The notes under the pieces are model-generated. The model worked only from the letters and a program-made list of their open reading frames with translations, made no database searches and had not been told where the DNA came from. The position numbers were made by a program, and so were the translations under genes. From NCBI GenBank assembly GCA_016841945.1, contig JAENYC010000002.1, forward strand, positions 100,275 to 164,274: a stretch of 64,000 bases of DNA. The letters run 5' to 3'. Positions 9,159 to 18,884 of the stretch are shown piece after piece. The stretch is from Haloplasma contractile (GTDB lineage: Bacteria > Bacillota_I > Bacilli_A > Haloplasmatales > Haloplasmataceae). Positions within the stretch are counted from its first letter, which is position 1, and each line of letters starts with the position of its first letter.

Positions 9159-10478
9159 ATGAAAAAATTTAAACATTTACTGTTTTTAATCGCATTTGTG
9201 GCTATATTTTTTACTATATCTAGTCATCAAGCATTTGCAAGTGAAGATGATTGGGAAAAAACATTCTTTGATGATTTTAGTGCCTACAGTATAGGAAAAG
9301 CAGAAGATAGTCAAGACTTTAAAGATGTTTGGACAAATGATTTATGGAGTGGGACAAATCCTACGGCACAAGATATCAATGATGTAGCAACAATTAAACA
9401 AGAAGGCGCTAATAAATATCTTAATTTAAATTATGATGGTAGTTTCTTCTACATTTCACCCCATAATTTCCGCGCTAAAGAATTTGAAGTATCATTTAAG
9501 ATGAGATCACATGACTTAACAAGTGCTTGGGTTGGTGTAGTAGTTAGAAAAGCGTACCGTGATGCAAGATTTAATGGAACGACTAATATGATGCTTTATT
9601 TTAGAACGATATATATAGAAGACGAATCTAATAACGTTGTTGGTGAAATGATTCAAGTGCAAGCTCAACGAGGTGGAAGTTTAAGTACGACTGATTTGAC
9701 GAGTGAAATAGTTGATGCCAGTGGTAATACTGGTAGTGAAGCTGTATTATCTGTAACTTATATGTATCCTGAACAAGGAGATATTGATACAGCACAACAA
9801 ATTAAGGATAATTGGTATGATATTAAAGTCGTTGTAAGTGACACAGGAGAAAGAAATGAAGCCAGTTATGAAATGTATATTAATGATTCTCTTATTGGAA
9901 CATTAACTCATGCAAGAAGCTCATTAGATACATATGGTTTCATTAGTTTAACTGCATGTACTTCTGATATTGATGTCGATGATTTTTCAATAACATCAAA
10001 TGACACTGTATCACCTCCACCAATTGTTCGCGTTAATAAATTAGTTGGACAAACTGGTACTGTGAATGAAACTATTTCATTACCGGGTTCTGAAGATGGT
10101 GATATCGAGTTAATCGGTGATGCTGATAATAAAGTTGAAATCGTAATAGGAAAACCTGATGGTACTGATGAAACATTAGCTGAGGGTGTTTATGAGTTTA
10201 CACCAACTGAAGAAGGCATTTATACGGTAACATATCTTGCGAAGAATGCATCAAATGGAGAAGGTACTGTTGAGTTCATGATCAGTGTTCAAGGTGATGA
10301 ATCTACGACGACAACAACTACAGAAGATACAAATGATATAACAACAACTGAAAATGATACAACACCATCTGCCGATGATAGTGATGATAGCAATGGTTCA
10401 ACTATAATTATCGTTGTTATTGCGGCAATTGTCTTAGTTGGTGGTGCAACTTCATATTTCATATTAAGAAAAAAATAA
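9159..10478 (+). CDS. surface-anchored protein of unknown function (signal peptide, Thr/Asp-rich stalk, C-terminal TM anchor)
   Basis: RBS AAGGAGGA. Signal peptide MKKFKHLLFLIAFVAIFFTISSHQAFA. C-terminus ESTTTTTTEDTNDITTTENDTTPSADDSDDSNGSTIIIVVIAAIVLVGGATSYFILRKK. Same architecture as 3347..5611. Confidence 0.6.
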   Translation: MKKFKHLLFLIAFVAIFFTISSHQAFASEDDWEKTFFDDFSAYSIGKAEDSQDFKDVWTNDLWSGTNPTAQDINDVATIKQEGANKYLNLNYDGSFFYISPHNFRAKEFEVSFKMRSHDLTSAWVGVVVRKAYRDARFNGTTNMMLYFRTIYIEDESNNVVGEMIQVQAQRGGSLSTTDLTSEIVDASGNTGSEAVLSVTYMYPEQGDIDTAQQIKDNWYDIKVVVSDTGERNEASYEMYINDSLIGTLTHARSSLDTYGFISLTACTSDIDVDDFSITSNDTVSPPPIVRVNKLVGQTGTVNETISLPGSEDGDIELIGDADNKVEIVIGKPDGTDETLAEGVYEFTPTEEGIYTVTYLAKNASNGEGTVEFMISVQGDESTTTTTTEDTNDITTTENDTTPSADDSDDSNGSTIIIVVIAAIVLVGGATSYFILRKK

Positions 10479-10489
10479 AAAGATGATAT

Positions 10490-10516
10490 ATAGGTTGCTT
10501 AAAAGCAACCTATATT
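10490..10516 (+). terminator. hairpin ATAGGTTGC-ttaaaa-GCAACCTAT after the surface-protein gene
   Basis: Read directly. The + strand U-tract is weak; the complementary side has a good T-run. Confidence 0.4.
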
Positions 10517-10543
10517 CATTAAATGGTACTAAACGAGGCGATT

Positions 10544-12406
10544 ATGGATACTTTAATTTATGCTAAAAAAGAATTGAATAAATATTGGCAACTGGTAACG
10601 GGTTTAAATTATTGTGAAATTGAACTAGTTGTTGATAAAAACAAAGCAAGTCGTTATTATAAACAGGATTATGCAGAAAAATTTGACGATGCATATGAAA
10701 TTGATGTAATAAAAGGTATTGGGAAAATTCTTGGTATTAACAAAAGAAGTGTATTATTAGGTATTTATCATTTCTTTCAAGCCTTAGGATGTAAATTTCT
10801 TAAACCAACAGCATCTGGAGAAGTCATTGTCAATAAAGATAAACGCTTATGTACTGTTCAATTAGAATTTGTGCCGTCAAACAGACATCGTGGCATTTGT
10901 ATTGAAGGGTCTGTAAGTATTGAAAATTGTTTGAATATGATTGAATGGGCACCAAAAGTTGGGTTTAATGCTTACTTTATTCAATTTAGACAAGGACATG
11001 AATTTTTTGAACGTTGGTATATGCATCAAAGGAATGATGTTATCTCTAAAGACAAAGAAAAATTTACATTAGAAGAATCTTATGCTTATACAAAAAAAAT
11101 GATACAAGAGATTAAAAAAAGAGATTTAATCTATCATGCCGTCGGTCATGGTTGGACTTGTGAATGTCTTGGTATTGATTCGCTGGGTTGGCAAAAAGCT
11201 AACCATGATATTTTAACAGATGATAAAAAACAACTTTTAGCTTTAGTCAATGGGAAACGTGAATTTTATGAAGGTATACCATTAAATACGAATTTATGTT
11301 ATTCAAACCCAAAAACAAAAGAACTGTTAGTTAATGAAATTGTAACCTATATTAAAAATCATTCTGAAATAGATATACTACATTTTTGGTTAGCAGATAA
11401 TTTTAATAATTGGTGTGAATGCGATGAATGTCAGAAGAAAAATCCGACTGACCACTATGTGGAAATCCTTAATCAAATTGACGCGCAATTAACCGCTTTA
11501 AATATTGACACCAAAATTGTGTTTTTGATTTATTATGAACTACTGTATACAGCAATAAATGCAAAGATAAAAAATTCTGATCGTTTTATCATGATGTTTG
11601 CCCCAATCTCAAGGACTTATACTAAATCTTATTTAACCAATGGTAATTTACCAGATAGATTGGATTGTCAAATACCAGATTTTCAATTAAATAAAATTAA
11701 ATTATCAACTAAGATTGAAGATAATTTAGCGTTTTTGTTTAAGTGGCAAGAGGTGTTTAATGGTGATAGTTTTTTATTTGATTATCATCTAATGTGGGAC
11801 CCTTTTAAGGACTTTCCACAGTTACGTCTATCAAACGTGATTTATGATGATATTCATTCATTAAAACAATTGAAGTTAAATGGTTTAGTTAGTTGTCAAT
11901 TACAACGTGTTTTCTTTCCGACAGCCCTTGCAATGTATGTGATGGGGAAATCACTATCTGATAGTAGTCTAGCTTATAGTGAGATTGTTGATGAATTCTT
12001 TACCTATTCATATGGAAAGCATGCTGCTTTTATAAAACAAATTCTTATCTGTGCATCTGAACTTCTTCACTATGAATATCTTAGAGGAGAGTTACCTGTT
12101 GTATCAAAAGAATTAGTGCCAAAATATGAAAAGTTAGAAAAGAAGATGAAAGATTATGATGAGTTGTTAAGTCAGATAGATAGTGAAAATGAACAAATAA
12201 AAGTTATTCAATACTTTACTAAATTCTTGAGTATGTTAGCACCGGTCTTAGCAAAAAAAGCATCAGGAGCTTCTGTTAATACATTAGAAGCAATGTTTAA
12301 ACCAGTAAGAGAATATATGTTAAAACATGAAATGGATTCACAAACCGTTTTTGATGGTTATTTCTTTGATTTAATTGTAGGTGATTTTATTAAAGCAACT
12401 TGGTAA
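10544..12406 (+). CDS. hypothetical ~620-aa protein with Cys/Glu-rich motifs; possible glycoside hydrolase (speculative DUF1680/GH127-like metal site)
   Basis: ATG 10544 has a GAGG SD 6 nt upstream (track start 10523). Motifs HGWTCECLG and HFWLADNFNNWCECDECQKK. Lies among carbohydrate-active genes. No family can be assigned confidently. Confidence 0.45.
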   Translation: MDTLIYAKKELNKYWQLVTGLNYCEIELVVDKNKASRYYKQDYAEKFDDAYEIDVIKGIGKILGINKRSVLLGIYHFFQALGCKFLKPTASGEVIVNKDKRLCTVQLEFVPSNRHRGICIEGSVSIENCLNMIEWAPKVGFNAYFIQFRQGHEFFERWYMHQRNDVISKDKEKFTLEESYAYTKKMIQEIKKRDLIYHAVGHGWTCECLGIDSLGWQKANHDILTDDKKQLLALVNGKREFYEGIPLNTNLCYSNPKTKELLVNEIVTYIKNHSEIDILHFWLADNFNNWCECDECQKKNPTDHYVEILNQIDAQLTALNIDTKIVFLIYYELLYTAINAKIKNSDRFIMMFAPISRTYTKSYLTNGNLPDRLDCQIPDFQLNKIKLSTKIEDNLAFLFKWQEVFNGDSFLFDYHLMWDPFKDFPQLRLSNVIYDDIHSLKQLKLNGLVSCQLQRVFFPTALAMYVMGKSLSDSSLAYSEIVDEFFTYSYGKHAAFIKQILICASELLHYEYLRGELPVVSKELVPKYEKLEKKMKDYDELLSQIDSENEQIKVIQYFTKFLSMLAPVLAKKASGASVNTLEAMFKPVREYMLKHEMDSQTVFDGYFFDLIVGDFIKATW

Positions 12407-14443
12407 GTGGGTGATAGAATGAAGTTATCTAATATATTTCAAAATGGTATGGTTCTACAGCAAAAACAAGACATACGCATTTTTGGAAAGACAGACGTAA
12501 ACTGTCTTGTAGAAGTAAGTCTAAAAAATACAAGAACACTAATTGTACATAAGCACCAGGTTAAAAGTGATGATTCAGGTCTATTCTTGTGTATATTACC
12601 TCCCTTAAAGGGGGGCTATGATACCTATTCTTTAACAGCAACATCTTGTGATGAGACAGAGGTAATAGATGATATTGTCATTGGTGAATTATATGTTACC
12701 GCAGGCCAATCGAATATGGCTTATCCCCTTGACTATTTAGAGGATAATGGTAAATATTTAAAAAAGTGTGATGATTATATTCGTTTTATGAATATAGAGG
12801 ACCTCACCATTCTAAGACCCTATCATCCCTTAGATAATCTTAAGAGCGGTCAATGGACATATACAACAAATCAAGCAGTATTAAAATGTTCAGCCATCGG
12901 GTTTGTGTTTGCGAGTCAATTAAAAGAGAGACTAGACGTTCCAATCGGTCTTATAAACACGGCCGTTGGTGGCAGCAGTATAGATAGTTGGTTGTCTCAT
13001 AAAGCAATTGATGAAAATGAACAGATTAAAGATTATCTCATAGATGAAGGACGATTTGTAGAGGAAGATGATTACCATAAGATGGGTGATTTGAATTATA
13101 CGGTTAAAGCAGGTATTTATAATGAGAAGATTACACCAATAAGGCACTTAACAATTGGTGGTATCTTGTGGTATCAAGGAGAAAACAGCGTCAAGGATTT
13201 TGGAAGTGCTAAATATTATCGTATTGCCTTAAAAACATTAATTGCCCAGTTTAGAAATATTTTTAGGAATGAACACTTACCAATTGTAGTCTGTCATATC
13301 GCTTTAAATTATTACCCACAAGGAAGTGAATTTGCTGTTCCTATGATCAATGAAGCCATTAGTTTAGTGAGTCAAGAACATCAACATGTTTATCAAATAC
13401 CAGTTTATGATTATTATCCCAATTGGTTAATCGAGGATGGGCGTGATTTATATAATCCGATTCACCCTGTTACGAAAAGTTTTATTGGTTTAAGAATAGC
13501 GAATACATTATATAAAAATGAATATACCCATTTAGGAGGCGCTAAACCGCCGATACTAAGTGATATTCAATATTTTAAAGATATACTAGTTTTAACCTTT
13601 AATGATGTATTTGAAGGACTTAAAACGGATGATGATGATACAATTTATGGTTTTACCATTGCAAGTGATAATCATGTATATCATGATGCGACTGCTAAAA
13701 TCATCTCTCATAATCAAATTGAAGTGTACAATGAATATGTGAAAGAGCCCAAATATGTAACCTATGGTTTCTTTCTCTATAATACAATATGTAACGTTAA
13801 AAACAGTGAGGAATATCCCCTTATTCCTTTTAGAAATACATATGACTCCTGTGATCAAGCTAAATATTATGCACCTGCCAAATATTTATATGGTGAAAGT
13901 TTATTAGAATATGAAAATAATTTCTTTCCTCAATTTGGTGGAGCTTATCATAAACCATGCTGGGATAGTGGAAGATTAAATAATCAAGGAAGGGTAGCTT
14001 TATCATTAGATAAACAATATAAAACTCAAGGGAATAGTAGTATACAAGTAAGCTATGAAATTTTAACTCAAGGCGTAAATTATATTGGGGTTTCACCCAT
14101 TATCGATTACGTTGGTCATCACCACCATATTGAAAACTTTAATTATTTAAAAGTAGATATCATGAGTATGCAAAAAAATGTAAAGTTTCTTGGTGTGTTG
14201 ATAAAAACCCAGCAAAATGATGTTTATTTACTTCCTGTTAGAGAGGCCTCTTATTTAGGGGTAACAATGGCTAAGAATGAGTTTATAACCTATACCATTG
14301 ATTTAAGAAAAGCCTATCGTTCAGATACATGTATAATTGATTGTAGTCAGGAAATGTTACAATCAATTTATGAAATGCAGTTGACATTTCAAGTAAAAGA
14401 AAATGGCGTATTGTATATCGACCATCTACGATACCATCTGTGA
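12407..14443 (+). CDS. sialate O-acetylesterase-like (SASA/DUF303, SGNH-type) carbohydrate esterase
   Basis: N-terminal FQNGMVLQQ and the diagnostic GQSNM motif (VTAGQSNMAYP) of the SASA family. Start may be GTG 12407 or ATG 12419. Stop overlaps the next gene. Confidence 0.7.
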   Translation: MGDRMKLSNIFQNGMVLQQKQDIRIFGKTDVNCLVEVSLKNTRTLIVHKHQVKSDDSGLFLCILPPLKGGYDTYSLTATSCDETEVIDDIVIGELYVTAGQSNMAYPLDYLEDNGKYLKKCDDYIRFMNIEDLTILRPYHPLDNLKSGQWTYTTNQAVLKCSAIGFVFASQLKERLDVPIGLINTAVGGSSIDSWLSHKAIDENEQIKDYLIDEGRFVEEDDYHKMGDLNYTVKAGIYNEKITPIRHLTIGGILWYQGENSVKDFGSAKYYRIALKTLIAQFRNIFRNEHLPIVVCHIALNYYPQGSEFAVPMINEAISLVSQEHQHVYQIPVYDYYPNWLIEDGRDLYNPIHPVTKSFIGLRIANTLYKNEYTHLGGAKPPILSDIQYFKDILVLTFNDVFEGLKTDDDDTIYGFTIASDNHVYHDATAKIISHNQIEVYNEYVKEPKYVTYGFFLYNTICNVKNSEEYPLIPFRNTYDSCDQAKYYAPAKYLYGESLLEYENNFFPQFGGAYHKPCWDSGRLNNQGRVALSLDKQYKTQGNSSIQVSYEILTQGVNYIGVSPIIDYVGHHHHIENFNYLKVDIMSMQKNVKFLGVLIKTQQNDVYLLPVREASYLGVTMAKNEFITYTIDLRKAYRSDTCIIDCSQEMLQSIYEMQLTFQVKENGVLYIDHLRYHL

Positions 14444-14451
14444 GGTGTGTT

Positions 14452-16632
14452 ATGGATAACTTTGAAAATGCAAAATGGATTTGGAAAGATACAAAGTTTA
14501 CGAAAAATGATTATGCTTATTTTAGAAAAGAATATAGGATTGACAAACCTGTAGAAGAGGCCTTCATTCATGTATCCGCTCATAATCATATGAAACTATA
14601 TGTAAATGGAAAAATTGTCAGTGACTTTGTGACACCGATATCTTCAGTTGCGACAAAAAGAAAATATTATTTAAGTTATGATGTGAAGGAATATTTAACA
14701 CAGGGGATGAATTGTTTCTATCTAGAGGTATTATACTTAGGGGGTAGTGGGCAAAATTATGTGAATGCAGCACCAGGATTTATATTAAGTGGTTTAATTC
14801 AATGTGAAAACAAAACCATTGAAATTAGTTCAAATGAATCATGGAAAACAACAAAAAAAATAGCTCACGGCATTAATATGCCATATCAACAATCACGACA
14901 TGTCACACCTGTTGAGTTATTTGATGCTAGATTGTATGAAGAAGAGGCAAAGTTTGTATCTTATGATGATAAGGATTGGATAAATGCGATTACCTCTCCT
15001 ATGCAGCTACAACAACCTATACTTGTGAAACAAAAAATCGCAGAAGGTAGCATTCATCAAACCATTTATCCAAAAAAAATAGGAAAGAGAAAAAAAGGGT
15101 TTCAAGTATTTGATGTTGGTAGAATCATCACGGGTTTTGTTCGAATAAAATTAAAAGGTTATGAAGGAAAACAAATTACAATTCGTTATTCTGAAGATTT
15201 ATTGAATCATCGAGTGAAACACAATGTTGCCAATGAACAAAGTGATTATTATTGTGATTACTATATCATGAATGATTGCGATGAACAAACCTGGCAAGCT
15301 GATTTTACTTATAAATCATTTCGCTATTTTGAAATAGAAAACTATCCAGAAGAACTAGATGAGCATCAAGTCATAGCGATTGTATGTTCTACTGGGATAG
15401 AAGTTAATGGTTATTTATCTAGTAAAAGTTATCCTATCTTAAATGATTTATATGAGGTTTCTGTGAATACTCAGTTGAATAATACGCAAGGGATGTTAGT
15501 GGATTGTCCACATCGAGAACAAGCACAATATCTTGGCGATAGTGATTTGCAAGCGGAAAACCTCATCTATAATTTCTCGAATCATTATGAATTAATTGAT
15601 AAAGCATTACAGGATTTTTCTGATATGCAACAAGTTGAAGGATTTTTTCCTTTCGTAGCACCAACTAATTTTTTAGATACGCAGTTTGAGTTGCGTATTT
15701 GTGAATATGATTTTTATTTTATCACTTTAATGGAGAAGGCTTATAAAATCAATAGAGATAAACGTATAATCAAACAATATTATCCTATTGCGAAGAAAAT
15801 GTTAGCCCATTATCTTTCCTTAATTGATGAAACAGGATTAATTCCTAAGGATAAAGGATGGCATATTTCAGATTGGCCTTATCCAAAGGTAGATGAAACA
15901 GGTCATTATTTGACATTTCAAAACATGTTAGCATTGAAAGTTTTGAGAATAATGATAGAATTTGGAAAATTAATGGATGAATCCGTGAATTATTATATAA
16001 AACTAGAAAATCAATTGCGATTTTCTATCGTTAAGTACTTAAAAAAAGATGGTTTGTTCATTGATTCATCGAATTCAAGTAAAAAACATCAAGGTATCAA
16101 TGCTTTGGCATTAGAGTTAAATTTATTTAATGAAGAAGAAAAAAAAGTTGCTCTAGATTATATCATTAAACAAAAATTTGCATCAAGTGTAATATTAGGA
16201 AGAACAGTGTTAAGACAACTCTTTGAGCATGAACAAACTGAAGCAGCGTTTCAATATATGTTTAATAATGAAAAAGGATGGGGGAATATTTTAAGGTTAG
16301 GTAATAAAACCATGTGGGAAGGATTTGATGATATTGAAAGTCATAGCCATGCATGGAATTGTTATCCGCTTCGAATGATTCAAGAATATGTGGTGGGTTT
16401 AAAAATGATTGAACCAACAAAAGTATATATTACACCACAGTTTGTCAATAGAGTTTCTGATATCACCGCAAAGGTACAAAGTATGTACGGTAATATAACT
16501 TTTGGTTATGAAAAGTATGAAAATAAAGTGATTTTTACCTATTTCATACCTGCAGGAATAGAAGCAATACTACATTTTAAAGACAAAGACCATGTTTTAG
16601 TTAATGGAAAATTGACGAAAATTAAATTATAA
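14452..16632 (+). CDS. alpha-L-rhamnosidase, GH78 family
   Basis: GAGGTG SD, then ATG 14452. N-terminal AKWIWKD...YFRKEY...LYVNG matches the GH78 N-terminal domain. DCPHREQAQYLGDSD matches the GH78 (alpha/alpha)6 catalytic-domain motif DCPxRE(R)xxW/YxGD. Confidence 0.75.
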   Translation: MDNFENAKWIWKDTKFTKNDYAYFRKEYRIDKPVEEAFIHVSAHNHMKLYVNGKIVSDFVTPISSVATKRKYYLSYDVKEYLTQGMNCFYLEVLYLGGSGQNYVNAAPGFILSGLIQCENKTIEISSNESWKTTKKIAHGINMPYQQSRHVTPVELFDARLYEEEAKFVSYDDKDWINAITSPMQLQQPILVKQKIAEGSIHQTIYPKKIGKRKKGFQVFDVGRIITGFVRIKLKGYEGKQITIRYSEDLLNHRVKHNVANEQSDYYCDYYIMNDCDEQTWQADFTYKSFRYFEIENYPEELDEHQVIAIVCSTGIEVNGYLSSKSYPILNDLYEVSVNTQLNNTQGMLVDCPHREQAQYLGDSDLQAENLIYNFSNHYELIDKALQDFSDMQQVEGFFPFVAPTNFLDTQFELRICEYDFYFITLMEKAYKINRDKRIIKQYYPIAKKMLAHYLSLIDETGLIPKDKGWHISDWPYPKVDETGHYLTFQNMLALKVLRIMIEFGKLMDESVNYYIKLENQLRFSIVKYLKKDGLFIDSSNSSKKHQGINALALELNLFNEEEKKVALDYIIKQKFASSVILGRTVLRQLFEHEQTEAAFQYMFNNEKGWGNILRLGNKTMWEGFDDIESHSHAWNCYPLRMIQEYVVGLKMIEPTKVYITPQFVNRVSDITAKVQSMYGNITFGYEKYENKVIFTYFIPAGIEAILHFKDKDHVLVNGKLTKIKL

Positions 16633-16646
16633 AGGAGTTGTTGGAA

Positions 16647-17660
16647 ATGGAGAAGAGAAAGGCGGATTTTAATCAGCTCTTAAAAGTATTAAAAAGAGAA
16701 GTACCCGATAGACCGACTTTATTTGAATTTATCATTGATAAAGATGTCTATAATAAATATGTCAATCAAGATTATCTAAAAATGAAAGATAATAAAGCTG
16801 ACATACGTATTACCATGAACATGTTTAAAAATTTAGGATATGATTTTGGTGTTGTATATGGTTCTGATTTTATTTTTCCAAAAGATGAAATACAACAATC
16901 AGAGAGTATCTCATTAAACGATGGCGCTGTGATTACAGATAGAGCATCTTATGAAATGTATCAATGGCCAAACCCTGAAGATTATGATTATTCTAGATTA
17001 GATTTTGATGAGATACCAGAAGGCATGAAAGTCATCGTCTATGGACCAGGTGGCGTATTAGAAAATGTGATTGCACTAGTCGGTTACAACAATCTCTGCT
17101 ATCTATTATATGATGATAAGGAACTTGTCAAAGAAATATTTGATCAAATTGGAAGTCGTTTGGTAAAATATTATGATATATGTTGTCAATATGCATCAGT
17201 TGGTGCTTTAATCGTAAATGATGATTGGGGATTTGTTTCTCAAACCATGTTGTCAACTGATGATATGAGAAAATATGTTGTTCCTTGGCATAAAAGAATC
17301 GTTCAAACCATTCATCGTTATAAGAAACCAGCAATCCTACATTCATGTGGTAATTTAGGAGAACTAATGGAAGATGTGATTGATGTGATTCAATATGATG
17401 CCAAACATTCTTTTGAGGATAAAATTATTCCCATTGAAGAAGCTTATGAAAAATGGGGTGACCGAATCGCGTTGTTAGGTGGTCTGGATTTAAACTTTTT
17501 ATCAACAGCAACATCAGATGAAATTGAAAAAAGAAGTAGTGCCATGTTAGATAGAGTAAAGGGTCGTGGTGGGTATGCTTTAGGTTCAGGCAATAGTATT
17601 CCATCCTATGTGCCAGAAGAAAATTATAAAGCAATGCTTAAAGCAGTTTCCATTTATTGA
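16647..17660 (+). CDS. uroporphyrinogen decarboxylase (URO-D) family protein (MtaA/CmuA-like fold), function unknown
   Basis: AAAGGAG SD 9 nt before ATG 16647. C-terminal region LLGGLDLNFLSTATSDEIEKRSSAMLDRVKGRGGYALGSGNSIP is typical of the URO-D/methyltransferase superfamily. Confidence 0.55.
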   Translation: MEKRKADFNQLLKVLKREVPDRPTLFEFIIDKDVYNKYVNQDYLKMKDNKADIRITMNMFKNLGYDFGVVYGSDFIFPKDEIQQSESISLNDGAVITDRASYEMYQWPNPEDYDYSRLDFDEIPEGMKVIVYGPGGVLENVIALVGYNNLCYLLYDDKELVKEIFDQIGSRLVKYYDICCQYASVGALIVNDDWGFVSQTMLSTDDMRKYVVPWHKRIVQTIHRYKKPAILHSCGNLGELMEDVIDVIQYDAKHSFEDKIIPIEEAYEKWGDRIALLGGLDLNFLSTATSDEIEKRSSAMLDRVKGRGGYALGSGNSIPSYVPEENYKAMLKAVSIY

Positions 17661-17686
17661 CAACCAAAAAATGACGTGTATAATAG
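17658..17686 (+). promoter_or_regulatory. sigma-A-like promoter TTGACA-16-TATAAT for the LacI-family gene
   Basis: The -35 TTGACA overlaps the stop of the upstream gene; -10 TATAAT is about 30 nt before ATG 17717. Confidence 0.4.
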
Positions 17687-17716
17687 GAAATAGACTAATT
17701 ATAAAGGGGAAATTGT

Positions 17717-18730
17717 ATGAAAGTTACAAGAAAACAAGTCGCTGAACGTGCCAAAGTAAGTGAACAAACCGTCTCTTATGTGATGAATAAGACGCGTATG
17801 TTTTCTAAAGAAATAGTAGATAGAGTGCATCAAGCAGTAAAAGAGTTAAACTACTATCCTAACCTTAATGCAAGAAGTTTGGCTACTAAAAGGGGCTACA
17901 GTGTGAGTTTTATTGTTCATGATATTACTAACCCCATTTATAATGAAATTATGTTGGGGTTTCAAGATGCAGCGAGAGAAAAGAATTACTTCGTTAGTAT
18001 CTGTGATGCACATAAAGATATCGATAATTATGTGTCAAATTTAATCGCAAGAAATCTTGAAGGTGTTTTTATTTATGTACTGGCAAACTATGATGAGTTA
18101 GGTTTTATAAAACGGTTTATAAATAATGATGTAAAAGTGGTGTTAGGAAGTAAATTACCGATTCAAAATAAAAAAGTGAATGATAAAGTATCTGTGATAA
18201 ATGTAGACCATGATAAAGGAATGGAACAAATCATTGACTATTTAGTTGGTTTAGGTCATAAGGATATTGTGTATTTATCAGGATTAAGTAAAGATCAAAC
18301 TTTTGATGACCGCTATGCATCATTTTGCAAGTATTATCAAAAGCATTTTGGTGAAAATCCAACGATTATAGAAAATGAATATCCATATGAAACAACTGTT
18401 GAAGTGGGTTATAAACTCGCGGAAAACTTAATACAAAGTAATAAAGAATTTACCGCAGTTGTTACAACGAATGATTTGATGGCTTATGGTGCAATGGATG
18501 CATTTAAAGCATGTGGGTTAGAGATTCCTAAGGATGTTTCTATTGTAGGTATCGATGATTTGATGTTTTCTAAATATACAAATCCGGCTTTAACAACTTT
18601 AGGTTTTGATAAAATTGAATATGGAAAGTCCGTTTTTAATAGTCTATATGCTGAAATATGTGGAAAACCAAAAACAAATTATAAAGTGGACACTTTCATA
18701 GTAAAACGTAATTCTTGTACAAATATTTAA
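17717..18730 (+). CDS. LacI-family transcriptional regulator
   Basis: N-terminal HTH MKVTRKQVAERAKVSEQTVSYVMNK. Periplasmic-binding-protein-like sugar-binding domain. Sits between GH78/URO-D and rhaA. Confidence 0.85.
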   Translation: MKVTRKQVAERAKVSEQTVSYVMNKTRMFSKEIVDRVHQAVKELNYYPNLNARSLATKRGYSVSFIVHDITNPIYNEIMLGFQDAAREKNYFVSICDAHKDIDNYVSNLIARNLEGVFIYVLANYDELGFIKRFINNDVKVVLGSKLPIQNKKVNDKVSVINVDHDKGMEQIIDYLVGLGHKDIVYLSGLSKDQTFDDRYASFCKYYQKHFGENPTIIENEYPYETTVEVGYKLAENLIQSNKEFTAVVTTNDLMAYGAMDAFKACGLEIPKDVSIVGIDDLMFSKYTNPALTTLGFDKIEYGKSVFNSLYAEICGKPKTNYKVDTFIVKRNSCTNI

Positions 18731-18753
18731 TATCGTTAAGTGTTTAATAATAG

Positions 18754-18780
18754 AAAATACCTATATTAGGTATTTTTCTT
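18754..18780 (+). terminator. rho-independent terminator (AATACCTA-tat-TAGGTATT + TTTTTCTT)
   Basis: Read directly, after the LacI gene. Confidence 0.65.
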
Positions 18781-18790
18781 AGACATCATA

Positions 18791-18802
18791 CTACACGTGT
18801 AG
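18791..18802. promoter_or_regulatory. perfect 12-bp palindrome CTACACGTGTAG upstream of rhaA; candidate LacI-family operator
   Basis: Read directly. Central CG as in many LacI-family operators. About 85 nt upstream of the rhaA start. Confidence 0.35.
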
Positions 18803-18884
18803 CAATCCCTTAGTAAAACACAGGATAATAGAAACAGTTGTTTAACACGGTAAGTATTATTTTTAAATGAAAAGGAGCATAAGA

